This document shows positions 20,960 to 28,994 of a stretch of DNA of 44,251 nt, in pieces. The notes beneath the pieces were generated by a model, which was not told the DNA's origin, searched no databases, and saw only the letters and a program-made list of their open reading frames with translations. Within the stretch, counting starts at the first letter, position 1. Every line of letters begins with the position of its first letter. Where the stretch lies: positions 1 to 44,251 of the forward strand of contig DATKRL010000021.1 in NCBI GenBank assembly GCA_035532255.1, read 5' to 3'. The DNA is from Candidatus Dormiibacterota bacterium (GTDB taxonomy: Bacteria > Patescibacteriota > Saccharimonadia > Saccharimonadales > UBA4665). The position numbers and the translations under genes are program-made.

Positions 20960-21722
20960 ACAAACGGCTGAGCAGCCGCTTTATCCTGATTTATTATGGA
21001 GCCGGCCGCAGAATAAGCGGCAGGCCGGCAAGCTGTTGATTGTCGGCGGCAACGCGCACGGCTTCGCGGCGGCCGGCGAGGCCTACGGCGAAGCGGTCAA
21101 AGCCGGCATCGGCACCGCCCGCGTGCTGCTGCCGGACAGCCTGCAAAAGACCGTCGGCAAAGTGTTCGAAGCGGGGGAATACGCGCCCAGTACGCCAAGC
21201 GGCAGCTTCGCCCAACAGGCCCTCGCCGAGCTACTGGCCATGAGCCAGTGGGCCGAGGGCGTTCTGCTGGCTGGCGACTTTGGCCGCAATAGTGAGACTG
21301 CCATTCTGCTGGAGAAATTCACTGAGAAATACACCGGCCAATTGACCCCAGCCAAAGACGCCGTGGATTATTTCATCAATACTCCCGACAAGCTCCTGAC
21401 CCGTTCTGACAGCCTGCTGGTACTGAGCTTCGCCCAGCTGCAAAAGCTGATCATCAAAGCGCGTTTCCCGTCGGCCATAACTTTTGACATGGATTTTCTG
21501 AGGCTCATTGACACCCTCCACGAGTTCACCAAGCAGCATCAATCCGCCATTATCGTCAAACACTTGCAGACGATTTTCGTGGCGGTGAACGGGCAGGTCA
21601 GCACCACAAAGCTCTCCGAAGATCTGGAAATCTGGCGCGTCAAAACCGCGGCTCACGCCGCTGTTTGGTGGCTACAGAACTCCTCCAAAACTTTCGAAGC
21701 CCTGACAACCAGCTTGGTCTAA
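20937..21722 (+). CDS. YjeF_C / carbohydrate-kinase-fold protein (NAD(P)HX-dehydratase-like, possibly degenerate)
   Basis: GKLLIVGGNAHGFAAAGEAYGEAVKAGIGTARVLLP resembles the N-terminal signature of YjeF_C proteins. I could not find the C-terminal GSGD-type motif. Confidence 0.4.
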   Translation: MQRDFWHKQTAEQPLYPDLLWSRPQNKRQAGKLLIVGGNAHGFAAAGEAYGEAVKAGIGTARVLLPDSLQKTVGKVFEAGEYAPSTPSGSFAQQALAELLAMSQWAEGVLLAGDFGRNSETAILLEKFTEKYTGQLTPAKDAVDYFINTPDKLLTRSDSLLVLSFAQLQKLIIKARFPSAITFDMDFLRLIDTLHEFTKQHQSAIIVKHLQTIFVAVNGQVSTTKLSEDLEIWRVKTAAHAAVWWLQNSSKTFEALTTSLV

Positions 21723-23287
21723 GAGTGCGGGTCAGAAGAAAAGTTAGGCCGCTCTCTCTGTTTCAAAATCTTCTTAACACTTTTGTGCAGCTGCTTCATC
21801 TCGCTTGTAGAACCTAGAATGTCGGCCACTTTCTGCTGGTGCGGCGTCCTGCTAAGAAAGGCGCTGATCTTCTGCAGCGCTTTCTCAAGATCAAAATCCT
21901 TTAGTTGTGTAAGCGGCTCACGTTTTCGAGAGGATATAGCCGCGATAATGGTCTCGTCCATGGATTTGACATTCGCCCAGGTTTTTTCGAACTGGCCGTA
22001 CTGACCGGTAAAAATAGCCATCGCTATTCCGCACTCGGCATGAGTTAGAGCTTTTTTGTCGGTATAGCTATTTTTCATTTCGTCGAGGGCGTCGGCTTTT
22101 TGTTGAATGTCATGTTCGCTCAGGCCTTTCGGGGGAGGCAAGCGCCGGCCGCCTTGTAATACGTCCCGCGCTGTTGAGAGGTTGGGAACGCGACCTTCAG
22201 CCTCGCGCCGGGCGGTCTCCGCAGCCAGCGCTTGTCGGGTAACCAGCGCGCCGGCAAAGGTCTCTGTCCGAGCCCGTTTCAGCGTTTCTTGCAGCGCTTC
22301 TTTGCCAAAGCGAGAAGGATCCAGCCTTTGTATGATTGTTCTTGCCATATCGGCTTGAGCCACCAGGTACTGCTCGGCAGCCCGCGCCTTATCGAACTTT
22401 TCTACCTCCAACTGTTCCGGCTCAGGAAGCTGCTGCTTAGCCGTTACGACATCGTGCAGCAATAAAACCGCGTCGCGAACCTCCTCGGTCCTCAATACAC
22501 CAACCAAGGCCTTATGCCAGGAGGTACCTTCTTCTCGCACCAAGCTGATAGAACACTCTAGTTTACGCTTGCCTTTGGCGGCTTCTAGCGCCTTATATGC
22601 CTTCTCGCTTCCGAGCCTGCTTACTGCTTGTCCGACCCGCCCCAAAATACTGAATGGCTCGTGCCTCGTACGCAATATCCTAGTCGCGTAGCGGGAAGGG
22701 GCAAATGCAGCCTCGAGGGTTATGCCCAGACCCCTTATGACTGGTTCCGAGGGCACCTGTTGGGCCGCCCCGGTCAAGGCTTCCATCAATACCGTGGCTT
22801 CCGCGAGCTCCAACGCGGCCGTGCCCTCGGCATGGCGCATGGTAATCGAACTTATATCTTGACTGATTCGTGTTAGAGCTGACCTTGAAGTTTCAACATT
22901 ATCACTAAGCCTTGCCTGTGCCTTCAACGCCGCGACCACAAGTTCTCCCGTGGTTAGCTTGATCGTGGTTCTTTCGGCGCGCGATTTGCCTATTAGAAAT
23001 CTCAAGCCTGGCTGGGCCCAACCGCCCTCGCGAAATTCTTCGACGGTATGCGCTAGCTCCGGTTTTATCTCACTAAGATCTATCTTGTCTGACTTGCGGA
23101 CGATGAAAGGATTCGGGGTGTGCGCCAGACGGTCAAGCATTGCCAGACGGTCAAGCCGAGTGACTATGGTTGCAGAAGTTTCCGGGCCCAAGAACTCAGA
23201 TGCACCTGGCGGCATAGCAGCTAGCGAATCTTGTTGCTGCTCGCCGTCGATGTTAGGGCTAGAACCGGCATCACACTCACGCGTCAC
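21719..23287 (-). CDS. hypothetical protein, 522 aa, no recognisable domain
   Basis: Long uninterrupted ORF with a GTG start directly after an in-frame TAG. It looks predominantly helical and charged, with no TM segment, signal peptide or P-loop. A/T-ending codons are more frequent than in neighbouring genes, by eye. Confidence 0.55.
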   Translation of the reverse strand: MTRECDAGSSPNIDGEQQQDSLAAMPPGASEFLGPETSATIVTRLDRLAMLDRLAHTPNPFIVRKSDKIDLSEIKPELAHTVEEFREGGWAQPGLRFLIGKSRAERTTIKLTTGELVVAALKAQARLSDNVETSRSALTRISQDISSITMRHAEGTAALELAEATVLMEALTGAAQQVPSEPVIRGLGITLEAAFAPSRYATRILRTRHEPFSILGRVGQAVSRLGSEKAYKALEAAKGKRKLECSISLVREEGTSWHKALVGVLRTEEVRDAVLLLHDVVTAKQQLPEPEQLEVEKFDKARAAEQYLVAQADMARTIIQRLDPSRFGKEALQETLKRARTETFAGALVTRQALAAETARREAEGRVPNLSTARDVLQGGRRLPPPKGLSEHDIQQKADALDEMKNSYTDKKALTHAECGIAMAIFTGQYGQFEKTWANVKSMDETIIAAISSRKREPLTQLKDFDLEKALQKISAFLSRTPHQQKVADILGSTSEMKQLHKSVKKILKQRERPNFSSDPHS

Positions 23288-23327
23288 ACACTAATCAAAC
23301 CATTCTTATGAAACAAAAGCAAGTCCA

Positions 23328-23347
23328 TTGGTGGGCGAGGAGGGAAT
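23328..23347. repeat. 20-nt direct repeat TTGGTGGGCGAGGAGGGAAT (displaced copy of the tRNA-Leu 3' end)
   Basis: Identical to 23498-23517. On the minus strand it reads ATTCCCTCCTCGCCCACCA+A, which is the last 19 nt of tRNA-Leu plus 1 trailer nt. No T-stem partner lies upstream, so it is not a tRNA. Confidence 0.85.
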
Positions 23348-23460
23348 ATCTCGCTAGCGCTCGATGCGCCTGCGTCGCATGCTCGGAGCAAGCTCCTGCG
23401 CGTGCTCCTTGTCTTCGAACCCCCGCTCGCTGGCGCTCGCTCGTACGGGTTCGTTCCCAG

Positions 23461-23504
23461 CCACCAAGACAAAAGGAGCCGGATGGCTCCCATTGTCTTG
23501 GTGG
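23461..23504 (-). other. long stem-loop that pairs the tRNA-Leu 3' CCACCA end with its trailer
   Basis: CCACCAAGACAA / TTGTCTTGGTGG (12 bp), then a 2x2 internal loop, then GGAGCC / GGCTCC (6 bp) with a 4-nt loop. No U-tract follows on the minus strand, so it is not a canonical intrinsic terminator. Confidence 0.5.
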
Positions 23505-23517
23505 GCGAGGAGGGAAT
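23498..23517. repeat. 20-nt direct repeat TTGGTGGGCGAGGAGGGAAT (copy inside tRNA-Leu)
   Basis: Identical to 23328-23347, 170 bp away. Confidence 0.85.
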
Positions 23518-23583
23518 CGAACCCTCAATCCGTGAGGAACACGATTTTGAGTCGTGCGCGTATACCAGTTCCGCCACTCGCCC
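23499..23583 (-). tRNA. tRNA-Leu (anticodon CAA), CCA encoded
   Basis: The minus strand reads GGGCGAGTGGCGGAACTGGTA...CACGA-CTCAAAA-TCGTG...long variable arm...GAGGGTTCGATTCCCTC-CTCGCCC-A-CCA. Confidence 0.9.
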
Positions 23584-23595
23584 GAGTTTGCGGTA

Positions 23596-23601
23596 ATTGT
23601 A
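23596..23601 (-). promoter_or_regulatory. -10 hexamer TACAAT upstream of tRNA-Leu
   Basis: On the minus strand TACAAT lies 12 nt upstream of the mature 5' end. It sits back to back with the plus-strand TATAAT at 23603. Confidence 0.4.
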
Positions 23602-23602
23602 C

Positions 23603-23608
23603 TATAAT
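23603..23608 (+). promoter_or_regulatory. -10 hexamer TATAAT upstream of the sortase gene
   Basis: TATAAT lies 35 nt upstream of ATG 23644. Confidence 0.35.
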
Positions 23609-23643
23609 TAAGCTGGCAAGGCTAGGTTAGCTCTTGTTTAGGT

Positions 23644-24927
23644 ATGGCTATGAAATCTTATTCCACCGGTAACGGCCAGCCGGGTTCTTCCGAGCTGAAT
23701 GAAGGGGCCGAATCCCAGGCCGCCGTTAATTTGATTCGGCAAAAAATCGCTCGGCTCTACGCCGAGGAGCCGGATGTTGCCGAAGAACTAGCCGAAGCCG
23801 AAAGCGCGCCGCGGCGCAGCAAGCACCAACAGTTCATGCACGAATTGAGCTCGTCGGGCAAAGATCTGGCAAACATCCAAACCGAATGGCACAATTATTA
23901 CCAAGGCCTGACTGACACCGCTAAGCACGAAGTCTGGCAGGAATTCTACGCCAGCCAGCCGCGGCTGACCGGACAGCCCCGCCACGGCGGCCCAGCCAAG
24001 GCCCAACTGCTAGCCCAGCATAAACACGAAGCCGCCAAGCCACGAGCATCCCGTAAATTGCGTGACGCCCGCAGCACCGCCGAAATCCAGGCCGCTATCA
24101 AGCACAAAGTCAGTGCCGGCGGCAAGCTGAAGGCCAAACATCATCTGCAATCGTTATTGTTCGGATTGGGTATGGGGCTTGTCGTGCTGCTTATCTTCCT
24201 GTTTGGTTTTTTCAATGAGGTGGTGGTCGCGCCATTTATCCAACCCAGCCGGGTCAGCGGTGACGCGCCGTTGATTATCAACAGTAACAGCGTCGCCACG
24301 ACAAGCAGCCCCGAAGTCATCATTCCCAAAATCAATGTCCAGATACCGGTTAATTACAGCGAGACCTCGACGGACGAGAATGCCATTGAGAATGACCTGC
24401 AGGACGGAGTAGTTCATTATCCGACCACCGTGCTGCCGGGCCAGATCGGCAACGCCGCGTTCTTCGGCCACAGCAGCAACAACATCTTTAATAAGGGCAA
24501 GTATAAGTTCGCCTTCGTGTTATTGCACACACTGGTGCCAGGGGACACTTTTTATCTGTCCTATAACGGTACGATGTACGTTTACAAAGTAGTTTCGCGC
24601 AACATAGTCGAGCCTAATAATGTTGGCGTGTTAGGCGCTGTTCCGGGCCAAAAAGCCACAGCCACGCTGATCACTTGCGATCCGCCCGGCACCAGCCTGC
24701 ACCGGTTGATCGTCGTCGGACAGCAAATCAGTCCGGACCCGTCAGGCAACACGGCGCCAGCCGTGGCGGCGCCGATCCAGCCGGCCTCGCTGCCGGGCAA
24801 CGGACCGACACTGTGGGGACGTTTCATCAGCACTTTAATTGGCAAAATAATCACGCTGGCGGTGCTTGTAGCGGCCGGTTGGTTCATTATCCGCTGGGTG
24901 AACAGGCGCGTCGACGAATTAGTCTGA
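23644..24927 (+). CDS. sortase-family transpeptidase with a long cytoplasmic N-terminal extension and a C-terminal TM helix
   Basis: Catalytic motifs FFGHSSN (His), TLITCDPPGT (Cys) and HRLIVVG (Arg). A TM helix sits at about residue 170 and a second hydrophobic helix at the C-terminus. Confidence 0.8.
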   Translation: MAMKSYSTGNGQPGSSELNEGAESQAAVNLIRQKIARLYAEEPDVAEELAEAESAPRRSKHQQFMHELSSSGKDLANIQTEWHNYYQGLTDTAKHEVWQEFYASQPRLTGQPRHGGPAKAQLLAQHKHEAAKPRASRKLRDARSTAEIQAAIKHKVSAGGKLKAKHHLQSLLFGLGMGLVVLLIFLFGFFNEVVVAPFIQPSRVSGDAPLIINSNSVATTSSPEVIIPKINVQIPVNYSETSTDENAIENDLQDGVVHYPTTVLPGQIGNAAFFGHSSNNIFNKGKYKFAFVLLHTLVPGDTFYLSYNGTMYVYKVVSRNIVEPNNVGVLGAVPGQKATATLITCDPPGTSLHRLIVVGQQISPDPSGNTAPAVAAPIQPASLPGNGPTLWGRFISTLIGKIITLAVLVAAGWFIIRWVNRRVDELV

Positions 24928-24929
24928 AT

Positions 24930-26402
24930 CTAGCGGTCAGCCGGAGTCAGTAGTGACGTGTCGGTGAGGTCGAACTGGCCGCTGCTGCCTGGAGCCAGCA
25001 TATATACGTCCTTATAATCCGGCGCGAAGGCCGGCAAGTACTGGGCGGCAGCGGTTGTCAGTATCTGGTGGTTGGTGCCATCATAATCGAAGATAACCAG
25101 CTTGCCGCCGCTGACATAGGCTAGGCGGTCGCCGTCCATCCAGCTGGCATGTGTTTGCGGAGGGTCCAGCGGTTCCGGCGCCGTGTAGTTATAGCCGTTC
25201 TGGTTCTCGATATCATACACGCCGAAATAATTACCGTTGCTGGTCATAATAAACTGGGCATTAGGCGAAAAACTCAGATAATTCGGTTGCGGCACGTGCA
25301 AGACCTGTGTCGGCACCACTGCCTGATTGGGCTGAGCGGCCAGTTGTCCGGCCGGGTCCTTATAGATGTAAACTTTGTTGTCAGTCGTGTCACCGGCGGC
25401 AACATACATGATACTGCTATACGTCGTCAGATCGACCAGGTAAGTGGTACTAGCTGGCAAGCTGCGAATAATAGAAGTTGTGTCGCCCGCTCGCAACTTA
25501 ACATGTACCGTGCCGGGCTTGGCTCCGTCGCCGGTCACGTATAGCAAGGTGTCATTGCTATACGACTGGTAGGCCAGAACGTGTTGCAAGATTGGGGTAG
25601 CTGGCGTTTTGAGCGAGGCTGTTTGCAGGGACCCCGTGGCGGCGTCGTAGAGATAGTATTGGTCATATTTCTTATTCTTCAGGGTCAGCTTGGTAGGGTT
25701 GGCCGCCAAGGTGTTATTAAGATTGAGTGACTGGTCGGGATTGGCCCGGTCCAGTAGGATAAACTCCGTCTTGCCGTCGAAACTGTGTTGGAGCAGCACG
25801 TGCTGGTTGTCGTCGGCCCACTCGCCGAGCTGCCAGGCTTCGCCCGTGGCGGCTTTAGCCAGCAGATTGGCGGGCAGCGCTACGGTGACCGGCGACTTAG
25901 TGGGGTTCTTGAGGTCATAAACGCTGAAGTCGGTCATGCTGCCAGGCGCTTCGGCCAACAACCAGCGGTGGTCCGGACTTTGCGTTAGCAAACCGGGCGC
26001 CGCCGTGAAGTTCTTGAATGGTTTCGTGGTCAGCGTCCGCGGAATCAGGAAAGGATAGTCGAAGTGCTCAACGCTGCCGCCATCCAGGTTGATGGTACGC
26101 TGCCAGTCGCGATAGCCATCACGGGTCAGCTTGACATGATATATGCCTTCGGGCAGCAACAGCCGAGTATTGGTAGTGACCGATTCCAGCTGATTATTGA
26201 CATAAATCTTGGCCGGATTGGGCTGGCTGGAAAAAAATAACAGGCCATTCTGAATAATAGTGCCGTTTTTGCCAAGACCGAAACCGTAAGCCTGATAGAC
26301 GAGCAGACGGGTAGCCAAGACGATGGCTACAGCTACCAGTACGTAGCCGACAAATAGCATAGCGTGGTGCCTGGACTGTTTTTTGAAGTCGAGATATTCC
26401 AT
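24930..26402 (-). CDS. membrane-anchored PEGA-domain protein with a beta-rich (propeller-like) ectodomain
   Basis: N-terminal TM helix (MLFVGYVLVAVAIVLATRLLV) and a PEGA-like segment IYVNNQLESVTTNTRLLLPEGIYHVKLTRDGYRDW. Start chosen at ATG 26402 (MEYLDFKK). Confidence 0.65.
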   Translation of the reverse strand: MEYLDFKKQSRHHAMLFVGYVLVAVAIVLATRLLVYQAYGFGLGKNGTIIQNGLLFFSSQPNPAKIYVNNQLESVTTNTRLLLPEGIYHVKLTRDGYRDWQRTINLDGGSVEHFDYPFLIPRTLTTKPFKNFTAAPGLLTQSPDHRWLLAEAPGSMTDFSVYDLKNPTKSPVTVALPANLLAKAATGEAWQLGEWADDNQHVLLQHSFDGKTEFILLDRANPDQSLNLNNTLAANPTKLTLKNKKYDQYYLYDAATGSLQTASLKTPATPILQHVLAYQSYSNDTLLYVTGDGAKPGTVHVKLRAGDTTSIIRSLPASTTYLVDLTTYSSIMYVAAGDTTDNKVYIYKDPAGQLAAQPNQAVVPTQVLHVPQPNYLSFSPNAQFIMTSNGNYFGVYDIENQNGYNYTAPEPLDPPQTHASWMDGDRLAYVSGGKLVIFDYDGTNHQILTTAAAQYLPAFAPDYKDVYMLAPGSSGQFDLTDTSLLTPADR

Positions 26403-26495
26403 AAGCTTAGTAAGACTAGTATGTATCGACTTGCCCTGAATCACAAGAGGGTTTAAGATGAGTACAACGCTTAAGCTCATCCTGTCAGGCCAGAT

Positions 26496-27491
26496 ATGCG
26501 CAAAAACAACAACATCATAGCAATCAATGGTCAAACCTACGATACCAAGACGGGTAGTTTAGTGACGCCGGCCGGGTCTCCTATTAACAGAGCGCCGGCC
26601 AAACGCGCTTCGGGCCACTCGCCGGAGCCGACGCGGACCCTGATGCGCCACGCGGTTAAAAAACCCAACCCCAGCCTAAAACGTCAACACAAAGTCCAGG
26701 GACGGGCTGCCGTAGCGCCCCAATCTCTAAATTCGGTGGTTATCAGCCCTCCGGTAGGGCAGCTTGACGAGAAGCGCCTGCGTCACGCCAAGCAGATTCC
26801 GCGCAGCCGGATGATTAGTCATTTCCCGTCGCTTACAGCGGCCGGCACGCCCCCGTCACCGCGCGAATCAGTAATCAGCCTGCCCAGGCGGCCCGCCAAC
26901 CACGCCACCGGTAGAACGCCGATCTCTTCAACACGGCAGCCAAAACCAACTTCCGCGACCGCCGATCTCTTCAATGACGCTATCGAGCGAGCTACCAGCC
27001 ACTTGCAGCCACCTCCGCCAAAATCCCGGCGCTCACGTCTTAAGCGCAACGCCGGCATGGGCGCGGCGGTCGGTCTGTCAGTCGTGCTGTTAGGCCTGAT
27101 TGTCGCTCAAAACGCTACTGGCGTCCGCTTGCAAATGGCTTCGGCTAAGGCCGGTTTTGACGTCAGCCTGCCGGGCTACCGGCCAGCCGGCTTCGCCCTG
27201 GGACAACTTAATTACAGCTCCGGCGCGGTGGCCGCCCAGTTTAGTAGCCCGACCGGTAACCGCCATTACACCATCACTCAAAAACAATCACCATGGGACA
27301 GCCAGGCATTGCTCAATAACTTCGTGGCGGCCGATTATACGGGCTACCAGACCATTTCTGCCAACGGCCTCGTTATTTATCTCTACGGCAACCATGATGC
27401 TACCTGGGTTAACGACGGTGTTTGGTACGTAGTGCAATCAGACGGCTCGCTGAGCGACCAACAGCTAATCGCCCTCGCCGCCTCGCTTTAA
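26496..27491 (+). CDS. single-pass membrane protein with a basic/Pro-rich cytoplasmic region and a DUF4367-like ectodomain (guess)
   Basis: 331-aa ORF with one TM helix (GAAVGLSVVLLGLIVAQ). The C-terminal roughly 130 aa form a beta-rich domain. It is divergent from the PEGA gene. Confidence 0.5.
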   Translation: MRKNNNIIAINGQTYDTKTGSLVTPAGSPINRAPAKRASGHSPEPTRTLMRHAVKKPNPSLKRQHKVQGRAAVAPQSLNSVVISPPVGQLDEKRLRHAKQIPRSRMISHFPSLTAAGTPPSPRESVISLPRRPANHATGRTPISSTRQPKPTSATADLFNDAIERATSHLQPPPPKSRRSRLKRNAGMGAAVGLSVVLLGLIVAQNATGVRLQMASAKAGFDVSLPGYRPAGFALGQLNYSSGAVAAQFSSPTGNRHYTITQKQSPWDSQALLNNFVAADYTGYQTISANGLVIYLYGNHDATWVNDGVWYVVQSDGSLSDQQLIALAASL

Positions 27492-27514
27492 TTTCCCCCT
27501 GGGCAGTTTTCTCT

Positions 27515-27520
27515 TATAAT
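27515..27520 (+). promoter_or_regulatory. -10 hexamer TATAAT, 8 nt upstream of the gltX ATG (leaderless candidate)
   Basis: TATAAT-aaagagtc-ATG(27529). Confidence 0.4.
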
Positions 27521-27528
27521 AAAGAGTC

Positions 27529-28965
27529 ATGAAGCCAGTCCGTACCCGTTTTGCCCCCAGCCCGACCGGCTACCTGCATGTCGGCGGCGTGCGGACGGCC
27601 TTGTTCGCCTGGCTGGTCGCCCGCCAAGCTCAGGGCAAATTCGTCCTGCGGTTCGAAGACACCGACAAAAAACGTGAAGTCCCGGGCGCCCGCGAGCACG
27701 TCATCGATAGCCTCCGGCAGCTAGGCATCGACTATGATGAAGGCCCGGACATCGGCGGGCCGTTCGCGCCCTATACCCAGAGTGAGCGCCTGGATAGTTA
27801 CAAAAAGTGGGCCCAAAAACTGGTTGATGCCGGCCGGGCTTACGCCGACCCGTACACCGCGGAGGAAGTACAGGCTTTTCGCGAGCAAGCCCAGGCCGCC
27901 AAGCAACCGTTTTTGTACCGGAACCACCGTCCGGACAAACCACCAGCGTGGGACGGCAGCCAACCGCTGCGATTCAAATCCGACCCCAAAAGTTATGATT
28001 GGCATGACGAGGTAATGGGTGATCTGCGTAGCGGGCCGGAAGTGGTTGACGATTTCATTATCATTAAATCCGACGGCTACCCGACCTATAATTTCGCCCA
28101 CATTATTGATGATGCCGAGATGGAAATCAGTCATGTCATGCGCGGCCAGGAGTTCATTGCCAGCGTGCCTAACTACCTCAATTTGTACGAGGCGCTAGGT
28201 CTGACACCGCCGGTCCTGGCAACCCTGCCACACGTCCTGGGACCCGACGGCCAAAAGAAGCTTAGCAAGCGCGATGGCGCCAAAGACGTTCTGGATTATA
28301 TCCGCGACGGCTTTCTGCCGGACGCGCTGATTAATTTTATGGCCTCGCTTGGCTGGAATGACGGCACCGAACAAGAGATTTTCAGCCGCGAGGAGCTTAT
28401 TAAGAAGTTCAAGTTGTCGCAGATCCAGCGCGGCGGCGCCCATTTCGACCAGCGGCGACTGTTGTGGATGAACGGTTACTACATCAGGCAACTGCCGCTC
28501 GACGAGCTCTACGCACGCTCGGCCGCATTCTGGCCGTCGGAAGCGGAGCAGGTAAGCGACGACTATAAAAAGCAGGTGCTAGGTTTGGTGCAAGAACGGC
28601 TGAAATACCTGGCTGAACTGCCGGAGCTGACACGTTTCTTCTTTGTCGATTTGCCGGTTGACCCTAAGCTCATCAGCGAACACAAACAGCTCAAAAAATT
28701 ACCGGCCGGGGAACTCAGGGAATTCTTGGAACAGGCTAAAAGCACCTTGGCGGAAAGTGATTTCTCCCTCGATGATCTGACCGGGCGGCTCAACAAGCTG
28801 CTGGAGCAAACCGGCCAAAAACCGGCCGTGTTGTTCAGCCTGATCAGGGTCGCCACCACCCAGGCGCCGGCCAGCCCGGGCTTGGCCGACACCTTGCACG
28901 TCCTCGGCAAGCAACGCAGCCTGGATCGCCTTGACGCGCAATTATCGGCGCTAGCCTCTGGCTGA
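27529..28965 (+). CDS. gltX: glutamate--tRNA ligase
   Basis: Motifs RFAPSPTGYLHVGG (HIGH region) and KLSKRDG (KMSKS region). 478 aa. Confidence 0.92.
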   Translation: MKPVRTRFAPSPTGYLHVGGVRTALFAWLVARQAQGKFVLRFEDTDKKREVPGAREHVIDSLRQLGIDYDEGPDIGGPFAPYTQSERLDSYKKWAQKLVDAGRAYADPYTAEEVQAFREQAQAAKQPFLYRNHRPDKPPAWDGSQPLRFKSDPKSYDWHDEVMGDLRSGPEVVDDFIIIKSDGYPTYNFAHIIDDAEMEISHVMRGQEFIASVPNYLNLYEALGLTPPVLATLPHVLGPDGQKKLSKRDGAKDVLDYIRDGFLPDALINFMASLGWNDGTEQEIFSREELIKKFKLSQIQRGGAHFDQRRLLWMNGYYIRQLPLDELYARSAAFWPSEAEQVSDDYKKQVLGLVQERLKYLAELPELTRFFFVDLPVDPKLISEHKQLKKLPAGELREFLEQAKSTLAESDFSLDDLTGRLNKLLEQTGQKPAVLFSLIRVATTQAPASPGLADTLHVLGKQRSLDRLDAQLSALASG

Positions 28966-28978
28966 TTAACGTAAGCAT

Positions 28979-28987
28979 TGTTACAAT
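28979..28987 (+). promoter_or_regulatory. extended -10 element TGTTACAAT, 7 nt upstream of the DUF3048 gene ATG (leaderless candidate)
   Basis: TGTTACAAT-agacgct-ATG(28995). There is no SD. Confidence 0.45.
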
Positions 28988-28994
28988 AGACGCT

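Noticed and set aside
23284-23630. Several 64-97 aa ORFs across the tRNA-Leu locus on both strands
   Set aside because: They read through the tRNA gene, its hairpin and the repeat. A peptide such as AELVYAHDSKS is the typical translation of tRNA sequence, not of a gene.
26403-26534. 44-codon N-terminal extension of the PEGA protein ORF
   Set aside because: It would overlap the divergent gene start at 26496. The internal Met (MEYLDFKKQSRHH, then a TM helix) gives a normal signal-anchor N-terminus.
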